A DNA stretch of 46,603 nt from assembly GCA_034409905.1 (NCBI GenBank), contig DAOUMR010000081.1, positions 1-46,603 on the forward strand, read 5' to 3'. A program made the position numbers and the translations under genes. Positions within the stretch are counted from its first letter, which is position 1. Each line of letters begins with the position of its first letter. The DNA is from Dehalococcoidales bacterium. GTDB taxonomy: Bacteria > Chloroflexota > Dehalococcoidia > Dehalococcoidales > BS750m-G39. The notes beneath the pieces are model-generated. The model had not been told where the DNA came from. It ran no database searches and was given only the letters and a program-made list of their open reading frames with translations. Shown here piece by piece: positions 7,915 through 16,787 of the stretch.

Positions 7915-9084
7915 ATGAAGCTAAAAAACGCCCTGCCCTGGCTGGTCCTGGCGTTGATACTGCCCGTGCTGGCGCTGTCTTTAACGGCGGGCATGGCCAG
8001 CGCCGGCTGCCCCTGCGAGGGCGATGGCGCCCCACCCCCATCTCCCCCCATAACCAAGGCCGTCCGCGTTGATGTCAGCCCGGGCGGCACTGGCGATGTC
8101 AAGGTAGAGAGACAGATGCCCCTATCCTATCCCGTTATCCGTACCGTGGTGCTGGGTGAGAGCGTCTACCTTGAGGCGTTGCCGGCCGATGGCTATTACT
8201 TCGTCGGCTGGGACGGGAACTTAAGCGGCAACGAAAACCCGGTATATGTGAAGATAAATACCGACACGATAATCACCGCCCACTTTTTCCCGGAAGAGAT
8301 TGCCTCCGGGGATAACAAACTCCACCTCGTTTTCCCCGTAGGCACCGCTGTCCAGGATAAAGATGGCCAGCCTCTGGTGGGGCTAGAAATCGCGGTCAAT
8401 GAGGCGCCATTGCCCTCACCCCCCGAGGCTGGTATCGTCGGGCTGCCCTATGAGCTGGGACCCCAGGGTACAACCTTCGACCAGCTGGTCACCATAAACT
8501 TCGCCTATGACCCCGACGAAATCCCTGACGGGGTGGCCGAAGAGGAGCTGTTCATGGGCTACTACGACGAAGACTCCGCCCAGTGGCTGGTCTTGCCCTC
8601 GGAGGTCGATATGGCCGGTCACATCGTTAGCGCTCTGGTCGACCACCTCAGCACCTTCGCTGTCATTGCCCCCCTGCCCCCGCCGTTGCCGGCTAGCTTC
8701 ACCGCCAGTTCGCTGACCATCTCCCCGACTGAGGCTGAAATCGGCGAAACGGTGACCATAAGCGTCCTGGTGACCAACACGGGCGAGATGGAAGGCAGCT
8801 ATGCCCTGACCCTCAAGCTGAACAGGGTGGTGGTTGAAGTCAAGGAGGTAACCATGGCCGGCGGCAGCCAGGAGGTGGTCCTCAGCACGTCCCGTGATGA
8901 AGCCGGCAGTTACTCGGTGACCGTCAATGGTCTTGAGGGCTCGTTCACGGTCCTGGAGGCACCGCTTCTGCCCATTGGGCTCCCCAAAGCGGTGGTCTGG
9001 GTGATATTAGGGCTGGCGATAGCGGCACTGGTGGCTTCGACCATTATCTTGCCGGTGGCCCGGATGCGCCGAAGCAACGACTAG
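7915..9084 (+). CDS. Secreted, C-terminally anchored surface protein (InlB B-repeat-like plus CARDB-like modules)
   Basis: Signal peptide MKLKNALPWLVLALILPVLALS. PADGYYFVGWDGNLSG...ITAHF module. ISPTEAEIGETVTISVLVTNTGE..GSY CARDB-like module. C-terminal TM helix plus basic tail. Confidence 0.8.
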   Translation: MKLKNALPWLVLALILPVLALSLTAGMASAGCPCEGDGAPPPSPPITKAVRVDVSPGGTGDVKVERQMPLSYPVIRTVVLGESVYLEALPADGYYFVGWDGNLSGNENPVYVKINTDTIITAHFFPEEIASGDNKLHLVFPVGTAVQDKDGQPLVGLEIAVNEAPLPSPPEAGIVGLPYELGPQGTTFDQLVTINFAYDPDEIPDGVAEEELFMGYYDEDSAQWLVLPSEVDMAGHIVSALVDHLSTFAVIAPLPPPLPASFTASSLTISPTEAEIGETVTISVLVTNTGEMEGSYALTLKLNRVVVEVKEVTMAGGSQEVVLSTSRDEAGSYSVTVNGLEGSFTVLEAPLLPIGLPKAVVWVILGLAIAALVASTIILPVARMRRSND

Positions 9085-9233
9085 CCCCGCGCCGAAAGCT
9101 CGGCACTATCCCTTAATTGCCGGGACTCCCCTGGGCACAAGAAAAGTCAATGCTAGGCTTGAAATTTGAATAATAAAGGTGGAACGAAGTAAAATATAGT
9201 TATATAAACCTGATGAGGATGGAGTTGATGAAG

Positions 9234-10397
9234 ATGAAGCTGTTCAAAAATGCCTTACCCTGGCTGGTGCTGGCAGTGCTGCTGCCCGTACTGGCGTTGT
9301 CCTTAACGACCGTCCCCGCCGGAGCTGGTTGCTGCGGGGGCCCGCCCCCTGAGACTGACCTCTTCCGTGTCTATGTTAGCCCCGACGGCGGTGGCGATGT
9401 CGAGATAGGAGGCAAGATACCCGGCTCCTACCCCTACGTTCATCTCATCGAGGAGGGCTCAATCGTCCCTCTTGAAGCAATACCGGCCGATGGCTATTAT
9501 TTCGTCGGCTGGAGCGGTGACCTGAGCGGCGACGAAGACTCGACTGGGGTAACCATAACCGCCGAAACCAATATCACCGCCCACTTTTTCCCCGAAGAGA
9601 TTGCCTCCGAGGATAACCGGCTGAAAATCGATTTCCGGGAGGGCACCGTTGTCCAGGATAAAGACGGCGTCCAGCTCTTCGATATAGAGTTGGCTATCGC
9701 CGCTACACCCCCGCCCCCGCCCCCCGATGCCGAGATAGTCGGGCCGATCTATGAACTGGGACCCCACGGGGCAACCTTCAACCGGCTGGTCACCCTGAAC
9801 TTCAGCTATGACCCCAACGAAATACCCCCCGGGGTAGCCGAAGAAGACCTGGCCCTGGGCTACTACGATGATGAGGCCGACGAGTGGCTGGTTCTGAGGT
9901 CGTCGGTTGATACGTCAAAGGATACCCTTTCCACCCGCTTTGACCACCTGAGCACCTTCGCCGTCATTGCCCCCAACCCCGCGCCGCCCGCCGCCTTCAC
10001 CATCGGCGCGCTTGATATCTCACCGACTGAGGCTGATATCGGCGAGGCGGTAGCCATAAGCGTCCTGGTGACCAACACGGGCGAGCAGGCAGGCAGCTAC
10101 AGCCTGAACCTGGTTGTCAACGGGACGGTAGTCGAGACCAGAGAAATAACTATGGCCGGCGGCAGCCAGACGGTGGTCTTTAACACGACCGGGAATGAAG
10201 CCGGCAGTTACTCGGTGGAGGTTAACGGGCTTGAGGGCTCGTTCACCGTCAGGGAGGCGCCAGCAGTCTCGACCGGGCTCTCCGGCACGGCTCTCTGGAC
10301 GATAGTAGGACTGGGGATAGCGGCATTAGTGGTTTTGGTCGTCGTCATCATTGTCAAGAGGCGCCGAAGGTATGACTACTACTATTACTACTACTAG
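9234..10397 (+). CDS. Paralogue of the 7915-9084 surface protein, with a poly-Tyr C-terminal tail
   Basis: Same architecture and colinear sequence. Start chosen at 9234 (MKLFKNALPWL) by alignment to the paralogue; the ORF opens at 9213. Ends KRRRRYDYYYYYY. Confidence 0.8.
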   Translation: MKLFKNALPWLVLAVLLPVLALSLTTVPAGAGCCGGPPPETDLFRVYVSPDGGGDVEIGGKIPGSYPYVHLIEEGSIVPLEAIPADGYYFVGWSGDLSGDEDSTGVTITAETNITAHFFPEEIASEDNRLKIDFREGTVVQDKDGVQLFDIELAIAATPPPPPPDAEIVGPIYELGPHGATFNRLVTLNFSYDPNEIPPGVAEEDLALGYYDDEADEWLVLRSSVDTSKDTLSTRFDHLSTFAVIAPNPAPPAAFTIGALDISPTEADIGEAVAISVLVTNTGEQAGSYSLNLVVNGTVVETREITMAGGSQTVVFNTTGNEAGSYSVEVNGLEGSFTVREAPAVSTGLSGTALWTIVGLGIAALVVLVVVIIVKRRRRYDYYYYYY

Positions 10398-11335
10398 CCC
10401 CGCCCCGCCCCAATAAGCTCGGCGATGTCCTTGACTCCCTCTTTAGTCATAAACGCCTCTATCCCTTCCAATACTTCGAGGGGGGCTTTGGGGTTGGTGA
10501 AGTTGGCCGTGCCCACCTGAACGGCGCTGGCTCCGGCCATAATGAACTCCAGGGCGTCGCTGGCGGTGGCGATGCCGCCGATGCCCACCACGGGCACCGA
10601 AACGGCGCCAGCCACCTCGTAGACCATAAAAAGGGCTACGGGCTTTATCGCCGGCCCCGATAGACCCCCGCTGATATTGCCCAGCAGGGGTCGGCGTTTC
10701 GATATGTCAATGGCGATGCCCTTGAGGGTGTTTATCAGTGAAATAGCGTCGGCGCCAGCTTCAGCCACCGCTTGAGCCACCCCGACGATATCACCGGTGT
10801 TTGGCGTCAGCTTGACCATTAGCGGTAGAGAAGTCGCCGCTTTGACCGCCGCCGTAACCTTAGCGGCTGATTTGGCGTTGGCGCCGAACTCGGCGCCGCC
10901 GGCTTCGATGTTGGGGCAGCCGATGTTGACCTCGATGCCGCTTATTCCCGCTACTCCGTCCAGCCTTTGGGCCAAGGCGGCGTATTCCTCGACGGTCTCC
11001 CCCACGATATTAACGATGACCGGCACCCGCCACCCCGCCCAGATGGGCGCCTTTTCCTTAATTACGGCTTCGACGCCGATATTCTGCAGGCCGATGGCGT
11101 TGAGCACGCCGCAGGGCGTCTCCGCCAGCCTGGGCTGGGGGTTGCCCTCTCTGGGCTTGAGGGTAGTCCCTTTGCTGACGATAGCCCCCAGCTTTTGAAT
11201 ATCAAAGAGGTGCTCGTACTCGGTGCCCCAGCCGAAGGTGCCCGAGGCCGTCATCACCGGGTTGGCCAGCGTTAAGCCCCTTTTATTTTTGGGCGCCAGT
11301 TGTACCGAGAGCTTCAAAGACTTGCTCCTTATCAT
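10394..11335 (-). CDS. pyrD: Dihydroorotate dehydrogenase, class 1 catalytic subunit
   Basis: ASGTFGWG, NAIGLQN, EVNIGCPN and GGI motifs. 313 aa. Confidence 0.9.
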   Translation of the reverse strand: MIRSKSLKLSVQLAPKNKRGLTLANPVMTASGTFGWGTEYEHLFDIQKLGAIVSKGTTLKPREGNPQPRLAETPCGVLNAIGLQNIGVEAVIKEKAPIWAGWRVPVIVNIVGETVEEYAALAQRLDGVAGISGIEVNIGCPNIEAGGAEFGANAKSAAKVTAAVKAATSLPLMVKLTPNTGDIVGVAQAVAEAGADAISLINTLKGIAIDISKRRPLLGNISGGLSGPAIKPVALFMVYEVAGAVSVPVVGIGGIATASDALEFIMAGASAVQVGTANFTNPKAPLEVLEGIEAFMTKEGVKDIAELIGAGRG

Positions 11336-12165
11336 AGATTGAGCACGGTGCCCGCGTTGTTTGAGAAGAATTTGTCGCCGAACTCCTGGACCATTACTGC
11401 CGATGCCGCCATCCCCGTGCAGTGGCAGGCGCCCAGCCGCTTTACCCCCAGCTCCTTGAGGGCGGCTACCGTCCGCCAGATGCGTTCCTCGCTGGCATTC
11501 ATCAGGTGGCTGCCGCCGAGCACGGTGTCTATCTTTTTCACCCCGCTGATTTTCCGGGCGTGGTAGAGGGTGTTGATGATGCCGCGGTGGGCACAGCCCA
11601 GGATAACCACCAGCCCGGGCGGGGTCTTTATAATCAACGCCTGGTCGTCCCTAAACCGGTCGGGCTTAAAGCCGCCGACATCCTTCACCGCCAGGAAAGG
11701 CTCGGTTTCCTCATAATCGGTCACTAAGGGAATCTCGCCGCTGGTCATTATCGAGTCGCTTATGGCTACCGGTTCCGCCGTCAGCCGAAAGCGGGCGCCC
11801 AGCTCTTCCAGCTCTTTTCGGGAGAAGGGGATACCGATGTATCTCCCCTCTTCGCCCTGGTCGGTGGCGTATTTCGCCTGCCAGATATCGGGGTGAGCGA
11901 TTACCTCTATCTCCCGGCCGAGCTTTTCCAGGACGTGCTTCAAGCCCCCGGTGTGGTCGAAGTGGCCATGGCTTAGGACAATCTTGTCAATCTGGCTTAA
12001 GTCAGTGCCCAGCAGCTTGGCATTGTGGATGATGGAGAAGCTCTGGCCCGTGTCGAAGAGGACGTTGACTTCGTCGCTCTCCACCAGGACGCTTAACCCC
12101 CACTCCCCCACAAAGCCATCCATACCGGCGGTGTTTTCGCTCAGGGTGGTGAGGCGCAACCCCAT
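11332..12165 (-). CDS. MBL-fold metallo-hydrolase (COG1237-like)
   Basis: SHGHFDH motif. Start set at the internal ATG 12165 (MGLRLTTLSEN), which removes the overlap with the upstream gene. Confidence 0.75.
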   Translation of the reverse strand: MGLRLTTLSENTAGMDGFVGEWGLSVLVESDEVNVLFDTGQSFSIIHNAKLLGTDLSQIDKIVLSHGHFDHTGGLKHVLEKLGREIEVIAHPDIWQAKYATDQGEEGRYIGIPFSRKELEELGARFRLTAEPVAISDSIMTSGEIPLVTDYEETEPFLAVKDVGGFKPDRFRDDQALIIKTPPGLVVILGCAHRGIINTLYHARKISGVKKIDTVLGGSHLMNASEERIWRTVAALKELGVKRLGACHCTGMAASAVMVQEFGDKFFSNNAGTVLNL

Positions 12166-12178
12166 CTCGCTCTCCTGC

Positions 12179-12838
12179 TCAGTGCTGGTGACTAGTATAA
12201 GCCATATCCTGTTCTCTGGCAACCTTCCTGACGAACAAAAGCGGGAAGACGATGTCGCTCATACAGCAGGGAAGCCAGACGGCCAGGAAGAGGAAGACGA
12301 AAATCAGGGGCAGCAGCGGCACCCAGGAAGCGGTGCCGAAGGCGGTGAAATAGAAAAGCGAAGCCCAGGTGCTTAAGAGCACGTGCCCGGAGTGGGGGAT
12401 TTTGGTGGTCTGCTTCCAGTAGCCGATGGCGATGCCGATAGCCGCCGCCGCGTTTATCACTATCCACGTGGGCACATTTAGATAGGGAAACGCCGCCGTC
12501 TCCAGGAAGGGCAGGTGGAGGCCGATATTAATGCTCAGCGTGCTCCCCTCGACGAAGGGGATTACGGCGTCGCTCAAGGTGGCGATGCCCACCGAACCGA
12601 AATAGCCGATTAGAATCGCCGCCCAGAGCCGCCCCCGGCTGTAGCGCCGGTACATGGCGGTGGTCACCAGGGCGCTCAAGATAATGTGGAGAGGGTGCAG
12701 GGTGTAGAAGACGGCTTCGGAAGTAGAGGCGGGCAGGTCGGTGATGAGGATGATAGCCATAATGATAATGCCGGTTACCGCTCCGATGGCGGTGAAGGGG
12801 GCGTGGGCTTTAAGCTCGTGCAGTATTCGTCTAAGCAT
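12179..12838 (-). CDS. Polytopic membrane protein of unknown function; possible metal transporter, inferred from Fur linkage
   Basis: 219 aa with about 6 hydrophobic helices. 8-nt overlap with the upstream Fur-family gene. Confidence 0.6.
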   Translation of the reverse strand: MLRRILHELKAHAPFTAIGAVTGIIIMAIILITDLPASTSEAVFYTLHPLHIILSALVTTAMYRRYSRGRLWAAILIGYFGSVGIATLSDAVIPFVEGSTLSINIGLHLPFLETAAFPYLNVPTWIVINAAAAIGIAIGYWKQTTKIPHSGHVLLSTWASLFYFTAFGTASWVPLLPLIFVFLFLAVWLPCCMSDIVFPLLFVRKVAREQDMAYTSHQH

Positions 12839-13271
12839 TTTGGCAGTTCTGGCAGCGCCCGATGAACTCGAGCAGGTGCCCCTCTATCTCAAAGCCGGTC
12901 TCCCGGCAGAGCCTTGCCTCCAGCTCGGCGAGATTATAGCCGCTGAAGTCGATAACCTCGCCGCATTCGGCGCAGATAAGGTGGTGGTGGTGCCCCGGGG
13001 CGGCGATGGTGTAGCTGCGGCAGCTCCCCCCCGCGTGCAGCTCGCAGATAAGCTCTAATTTAGCCAGTATCTCCAGGGTGCGGTAGATGGTCACCAGCCC
13101 GATGGTAGGGTGGTCCTGACTTACCTTTTGGTGGAGGGCGGCGGGGGTGAGGTGGTCGGGGCTGGAGGCGATGGCGTTTATGACCGCCCGGCGCTGTGGA
13201 GTGAGCTTGTAGCCGTGGCGCTTGAGTGTGGTGGTTAGTTTCTTTTCGCTGAGTCTCATCTCAAGCTCCAA
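12831..13271 (-). CDS. Fur-family metalloregulator (Fur/Zur/PerR)
   Basis: Winged-helix N-terminus, HHHHLICAECGEV and CQNCQ metal sites. 146 aa. Confidence 0.9.
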   Translation of the reverse strand: MELEMRLSEKKLTTTLKRHGYKLTPQRRAVINAIASSPDHLTPAALHQKVSQDHPTIGLVTIYRTLEILAKLELICELHAGGSCRSYTIAAPGHHHHLICAECGEVIDFSGYNLAELEARLCRETGFEIEGHLLEFIGRCQNCQNA

Positions 13272-13275
13272 ATGA

Positions 13276-13290
13276 AAATGATTATCATTT
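13276..13290. promoter_or_regulatory. Fur-type operator (7-1-7 palindrome AAATGAT-T-ATCATTT)
   Basis: Perfect palindrome 5 nt upstream of the Fur-family start codon. It resembles the TGATAAT-N-ATTATCA class of boxes. Confidence 0.6.
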
Positions 13291-13320
13291 ATATGTATAA
13301 TTTTATCATGGTTGTCAAGC

Positions 13321-13611
13321 CCCCCACCCCACCTTTTTTAGCGTACGTCTTTCTTTCCCACCCGTCCCACCCAATAGAGGTTAGACCTCTATTAACTCCT
13401 TATTTTGGGGATACGACCTCCCTACCCCATTTGGGGGGTGTTTAAGAGGGGCGTAGCCCCTCTTTACCCTGCCGTGCGGGGTGGTGGGCGGGAAAAGATA
13501 TAAAACGGGTGGAGAGGGGAATAACCCTACAGGGGGATATATAAGGGGTGCCAACCTTATAGGGTGGGTATTGGGTGGGACAAAAATACGTACGCTAACA
13601 AGGTGGGGGGG
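13321..13611. mobile_element. MITE-like element: inverted pair of about 70-nt repeat arms flanking hairpin modules
   Basis: Left arm CCCCACC..TTAGCGTACGT..TTTCCCACCCGTCCCACCCAATAGAGG. The right arm is its reverse complement (CTTATAGGGTGGGTATTGGGTGGGAC..ACGTACGCTAACAAGGTGGGG). The interior holds hairpin AAGAGGGGC-GTA-GCCCCTCTT (13444-13464) and a GGTGGGCGGGAAAAGATATAAA module. Confidence 0.6.
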
Positions 13612-13681
13612 AGACCCTTCGCTAAAGCTCAGGGTGACAGCAGAGAATGAAGTAAAAATCCCTAAAATGTGTCTGGGGGCA

Positions 13682-13710
13682 TTGACCAAACAGAATAATT
13701 GAGATACACT
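13682..13710 (+). promoter_or_regulatory. Sigma-70-like promoter for the dksA-like/lspA/rluD-like operon
   Basis: TTGACC-N17-TACACT. Two hairpins follow in the leader: AGCGCTATA..TATAGCGCT and GCTTAGCT..AGCTAAGC. Confidence 0.4.
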
Positions 13711-13836
13711 TGAGGTATAGTAGCGCTATACGCCAAAGGCTTATAGCGCTAGTCCTTCTGCCCAATCTTGCTTTCGCGCAAAATCGTCAACCATAGAAGC
13801 TTAGCTGTCGGCATAGCTAAGCAGGGGGAGGGAGAG

Positions 13837-14226
13837 ATGAAAAAGAAGACGGAACGAACGAATGTAGGCTTCAATCTGCTTAAGGCCCGCCTGGAAAGCG
13901 TGAAAAAGCGGCTGGCTGGGGAGTTAGAGCAGCTTAAGTCCAGCGTCCGTCCGGCTGACGAACGGCGTGAAGGCAGCCCCTTCGGCAAACGGGAGGAGGA
14001 GGCCACCGAGAGCTTTGAACTGGAAAGGCGGCTGACCCTGGAAAAGAGGCTTAGAGAGCAGCTGGCTGAAGTGGAACATGCCCTGAAGAAGTTCAAGGAC
14101 GGGACCTACGGCTTATGCGATAGCTGTGGTAAGCCGATATCACCGGAGCGCCTGGAGGCGCTGCCCCAGGCCAGCCTGTGCCTGGAGTGCAAGGCGCGCC
14201 TGGCGAAGGAGGCCAAAGGTAAGTAA
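13837..14226 (+). CDS. DksA/TraR-family C4 zinc-finger protein
   Basis: CDSCGKPISPERLEALPQASLCLECK. Start set at ATG 13837, behind a GGGGGAGGGAGAG SD. Confidence 0.8.
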   Translation: MKKKTERTNVGFNLLKARLESVKKRLAGELEQLKSSVRPADERREGSPFGKREEEATESFELERRLTLEKRLREQLAEVEHALKKFKDGTYGLCDSCGKPISPERLEALPQASLCLECKARLAKEAKGK

Positions 14227-14731
14227 TCCCCGGGACAGGCGGTGGCAGCTCGTCTTTTTCCTCGTTGCCCTATCGGTGCTGGTTGCCGACCAGCTCACCA
14301 AGCTCTGGATAAGGTCCACCTTGGATATCGGCGAGACGCTGTGGCAGGCGGGAATCTTCAGCATCGTCCGTACCAAGAATACCGGTGCCGCCTTCGGCTT
14401 ATTTCAGGAACATGCCTTCGTCATCGCCATAATCGCTGGCGTCGTCGTTATCCTGGTACTCTTCTATGTCCTCTGGGCTCACCGCCGCTACCCCTTCTTC
14501 AACAGCCGCCTGAGCTGGGTGGCGCTGGGCCTGATTTCGGGCGGTATCGTCGGCAACCTCATCGAACGGGTAGGCAACCTGGTTGACCCGTCGCGCTTCG
14601 TCGGCGTTACCGACTTTATCAGCGTCGGCTGGTGGCCCGCCTTCAACATTGCCGATTCGTCGCTGGTGGTGGGCACCATCCTGCTGATTCTCTCCCTGCT
14701 GCTCATGATATTAAAGTCGGATTCATCGTGA
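14126..14731 (+). CDS. lspA: Lipoprotein signal peptidase II; start uncertain
   Basis: VADQLTKLWI, NTGAAFGLF and FNIADSSL motifs. The only canonical in-frame start upstream of TM1 is GTG 14126, which overlaps the dksA-like gene by 101 nt. Confidence 0.8.
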   Translation: MVSRYHRSAWRRCPRPACAWSARRAWRRRPKVSNPRDRRWQLVFFLVALSVLVADQLTKLWIRSTLDIGETLWQAGIFSIVRTKNTGAAFGLFQEHAFVIAIIAGVVVILVLFYVLWAHRRYPFFNSRLSWVALGLISGGIVGNLIERVGNLVDPSRFVGVTDFISVGWWPAFNIADSSLVVGTILLILSLLLMILKSDSS

Positions 14732-14737
14732 GGAGTC

Positions 14738-15631
14738 ATGGAAAAGTCATACTGGCTTACCGCTGATGGGGACGACCGTCTCGATAAATACGTCTGCGCC
14801 CAAGTACTCGAGCTTTCCCGGACACAGGTGCAAAGGCTCATTGCCGCGGGCAATATCACCGTAAACGGGCAAAAGGCCAAGCCCGGACACAGGCTCAGCC
14901 CCGGCGACAGGGTTGATGTTACTGTTCCCCCCACCCCGCCCCAGGAGCTGAAACCAGAGGCGATTCCCCTAAAAATCATCTACGAGGACGACGACCTCCT
15001 CGCCGTGGATAAGCCGGCGGGACTGGCCGTCCACCCCGCCCCGGGCCACCCCGCCCATACGCTGGTCAACGCCATACTGGCGCACTTCCCCCACCTGGCC
15101 GACATCGGCGACTGGCTGCGCCCCGGTGTTGTCCACCGCCTGGATAAAGACACCTCGGGGGTGATGCTGGTGGCTAAGAACAGCGTTGCCCAGGCCAATC
15201 TCTCCAAGCAGTTCAAGTCCCATTCCGTGACTAAAGCCTACCTGGCACTGGTCAAGGGCAAGCTCACCCCGGAAAATGGCATTATCGAAGCCGACATTGG
15301 CCGCGACCCCCGCAACCGAAAGAAGATGGCGGTGGTGGCTCAAGGCAGGGAGGCGCGCACCGAATACCGCGTGGTCAAATACATCGGCGGCTATACCCTG
15401 CTTGAGGTTATGCCCGAAACGGGCCGCACCCACCAGATAAGGGTGCACCTGGCGGCCATCGGCTTTCCCGTGGTCGGGGATGAGGTCTACGGGGTAAAGT
15501 CAAAGTATCTTTCCCGCCAGTTTTTACACGCCTCCCGTTTGGGCTTTAAGCTCCCTTCAAGCGGGGAGTACGTGGAGTTCGAGTCAGAATTGCCCAATGA
15601 CTTGCAAAAGGCGCTGGAGAATATTGGCTAG
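14738..15631 (+). CDS. RluA-family 23S rRNA pseudouridine synthase (RluD-like)
   Basis: N-terminal S4 domain, HRLDKDTSG catalytic motif. Confidence 0.9.
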   Translation: MEKSYWLTADGDDRLDKYVCAQVLELSRTQVQRLIAAGNITVNGQKAKPGHRLSPGDRVDVTVPPTPPQELKPEAIPLKIIYEDDDLLAVDKPAGLAVHPAPGHPAHTLVNAILAHFPHLADIGDWLRPGVVHRLDKDTSGVMLVAKNSVAQANLSKQFKSHSVTKAYLALVKGKLTPENGIIEADIGRDPRNRKKMAVVAQGREARTEYRVVKYIGGYTLLEVMPETGRTHQIRVHLAAIGFPVVGDEVYGVKSKYLSRQFLHASRLGFKLPSSGEYVEFESELPNDLQKALENIG

Positions 15632-15650
15632 GGTTTATAGGGGTGGACTG

Positions 15651-15824
15651 TCATTCGGGTTGTATAAGCGCAATTTTGGCAAATATCATAACTGCGATAA
15701 TAAAACATACAACTGCAGCAATCCACATTAGGGCATCTGGTGGTTTTAAGGGTAAGAAATTATACCCAATTACCGCTACCATCAGACCAAATGTGATTCT
15801 AGTTCGCATTTCAGCTTTTGGCAT
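15651..15824 (-). CDS. 57-aa two-TM small membrane protein
   Basis: ATG 15824 is preceded by a perfect SD (AGGAGGTA) at 7-nt spacing. Sequence MPKAEMRTRITFGLMVAVIGYNF...WIAAVVCFIIAVMIFAKIAL. AT-rich. The longer ORF to 15992 reads through a repeat. Confidence 0.6.
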   Translation of the reverse strand: MPKAEMRTRITFGLMVAVIGYNFLPLKPPDALMWIAAVVCFIIAVMIFAKIALIQPE

Positions 15825-15856
15825 TTTGTTTACCTCCTGTGTGCAATTATAACATT

Positions 15857-15924
15857 CCAGGTCTTTCTTCCCACCCAATACCCACCCTACAGAGGTGTCA
15901 CCTCTATAGATTTCTCTCCTCACC
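15857..15924 (+). repeat. Repeat family copy: core plus hairpin, no TAGCGTACGT box
   Basis: CCAGGTCTTTCTTCCCACCCAATACCCACCCTACAGAGGTGTCACCTCTATAGATTTCTCT. Near-identical copies at 36104 and 41268. Confidence 0.8.
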
Positions 15925-15959
15925 ACCCTAGAATGTCGCCAATTTAGGTGGTAGAATGG
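15923..15959 (+). repeat. Left copy of a roughly 36-nt direct repeat carrying a TGGTAGAAT extended -10-like box
   Basis: CCACCCTAGAATGTCGCCAATTTAGGTGGTAGAATGG. The partner lies exactly 900 nt downstream. Confidence 0.7.
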
Positions 15960-15997
15960 ATGGTGGGGTGGGGGGAAATGTGATAGGGGCATGACCT

Positions 15998-16741
15998 ATG
16001 TCTGTTGAGTGGACTTCGGTCAGTATAAATCTGATATCTCCTGTCATTTCCTTTATCTTGGGAATAATTTCTAGGACGATTTTTGACATCGTTCTAAGAA
16101 AGAACCCAATACGGAATTTCTGGAGCGGATGCTTGGCATCGCCAGTAAACATTATAGTTCCATCAGTGCGGCTAGATTACATTGCCCCTTCTCACCGCGC
16201 TGGCTACAGCTCATTGAATGCTGCAGCCAAAGTTGAGTCGTTATTATCCCTCTTTACTAACGTTCCCGAGAACATTAGAGTACTTGAAAGTAAGTATGCC
16301 GCTGAACGATTGGAAGAAAATATTGTTTTAATCGGTGGTCCTATAACCAATGAGTTAACCAGAAGAATGATGCAAGATTTTGATTTCCCCTTCTCTTTCA
16401 GGAAGCGCACACTGATAGACAGGTACCAAAATAAGGAGTACGCGCCGAAGTTGGCAAAGGACGGAAGTGTTTTAGAAGACTTCGCTTTGGTTTTGAAGAT
16501 TACGAATCCTTACAATGATAGGAGGAGCTTGGTGATAATAGCCGGCTGTTTTGGGTATGGGACTTATTCAGCATCACTAGCCGTCACAAATCCTAAGAGT
16601 CTTAGAATTATAAACCAGAAGGTCAAATCGAGGCCAACAGGCATTGTTGTGAAATCCTATGTTATTCAGGGGGTGCCACAAAGACCGTTCATAATTGATG
16701 TATTTGAGGTTAAACAAAAACAGGGGCATTTGAAAGGATGA
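15998..16741 (+). CDS. N-terminally TM-anchored orphan protein, unknown function
   Basis: 247-aa ORF, AT-rich. TM helix ISPVISFILGIISRTIFDIVL, then a soluble domain with IVLIGGPITNELTRR and EDFALVLKITNPYNDRRSLVIIAGCFGYGTYSAS. I cannot place this pattern in a named family. Confidence 0.65.
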   Translation: MSVEWTSVSINLISPVISFILGIISRTIFDIVLRKNPIRNFWSGCLASPVNIIVPSVRLDYIAPSHRAGYSSLNAAAKVESLLSLFTNVPENIRVLESKYAAERLEENIVLIGGPITNELTRRMMQDFDFPFSFRKRTLIDRYQNKEYAPKLAKDGSVLEDFALVLKITNPYNDRRSLVIIAGCFGYGTYSASLAVTNPKSLRIINQKVKSRPTGIVVKSYVIQGVPQRPFIIDVFEVKQKQGHLKG

Positions 16742-16787
16742 CTTAAATGATCAGTCCTTTGAGAAGATGGGGGGAATAAGGAGATTT

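Noticed and set aside
10394-10397. Convergent genes sharing overlapping stop codons in a CTAG tetranucleotide; the same occurs at 23473-23476
   Set aside because: It is real in the sequence, but it is a trivial consequence of compact genome packing with TAG stops on both strands. No regulatory meaning can be supported.
13381-13702. ORFs of 102 aa (minus) and 73 aa (plus) spanning the fur/dksA intergenic region
   Set aside because: They are read-throughs of the repeat modules, giving Pro/Gly/Trp-rich low-complexity translations. There is no SD. Similar pseudo-ORFs appear wherever the repeats occur (35970-36155, 41558-41770).
15825-15992. N-terminal extension of the small membrane protein ORF to 113 aa
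   Set aside because: The extension translates a repeat copy. The internal ATG at 15824 has a perfect SD and starts just before the hydrophobic region.
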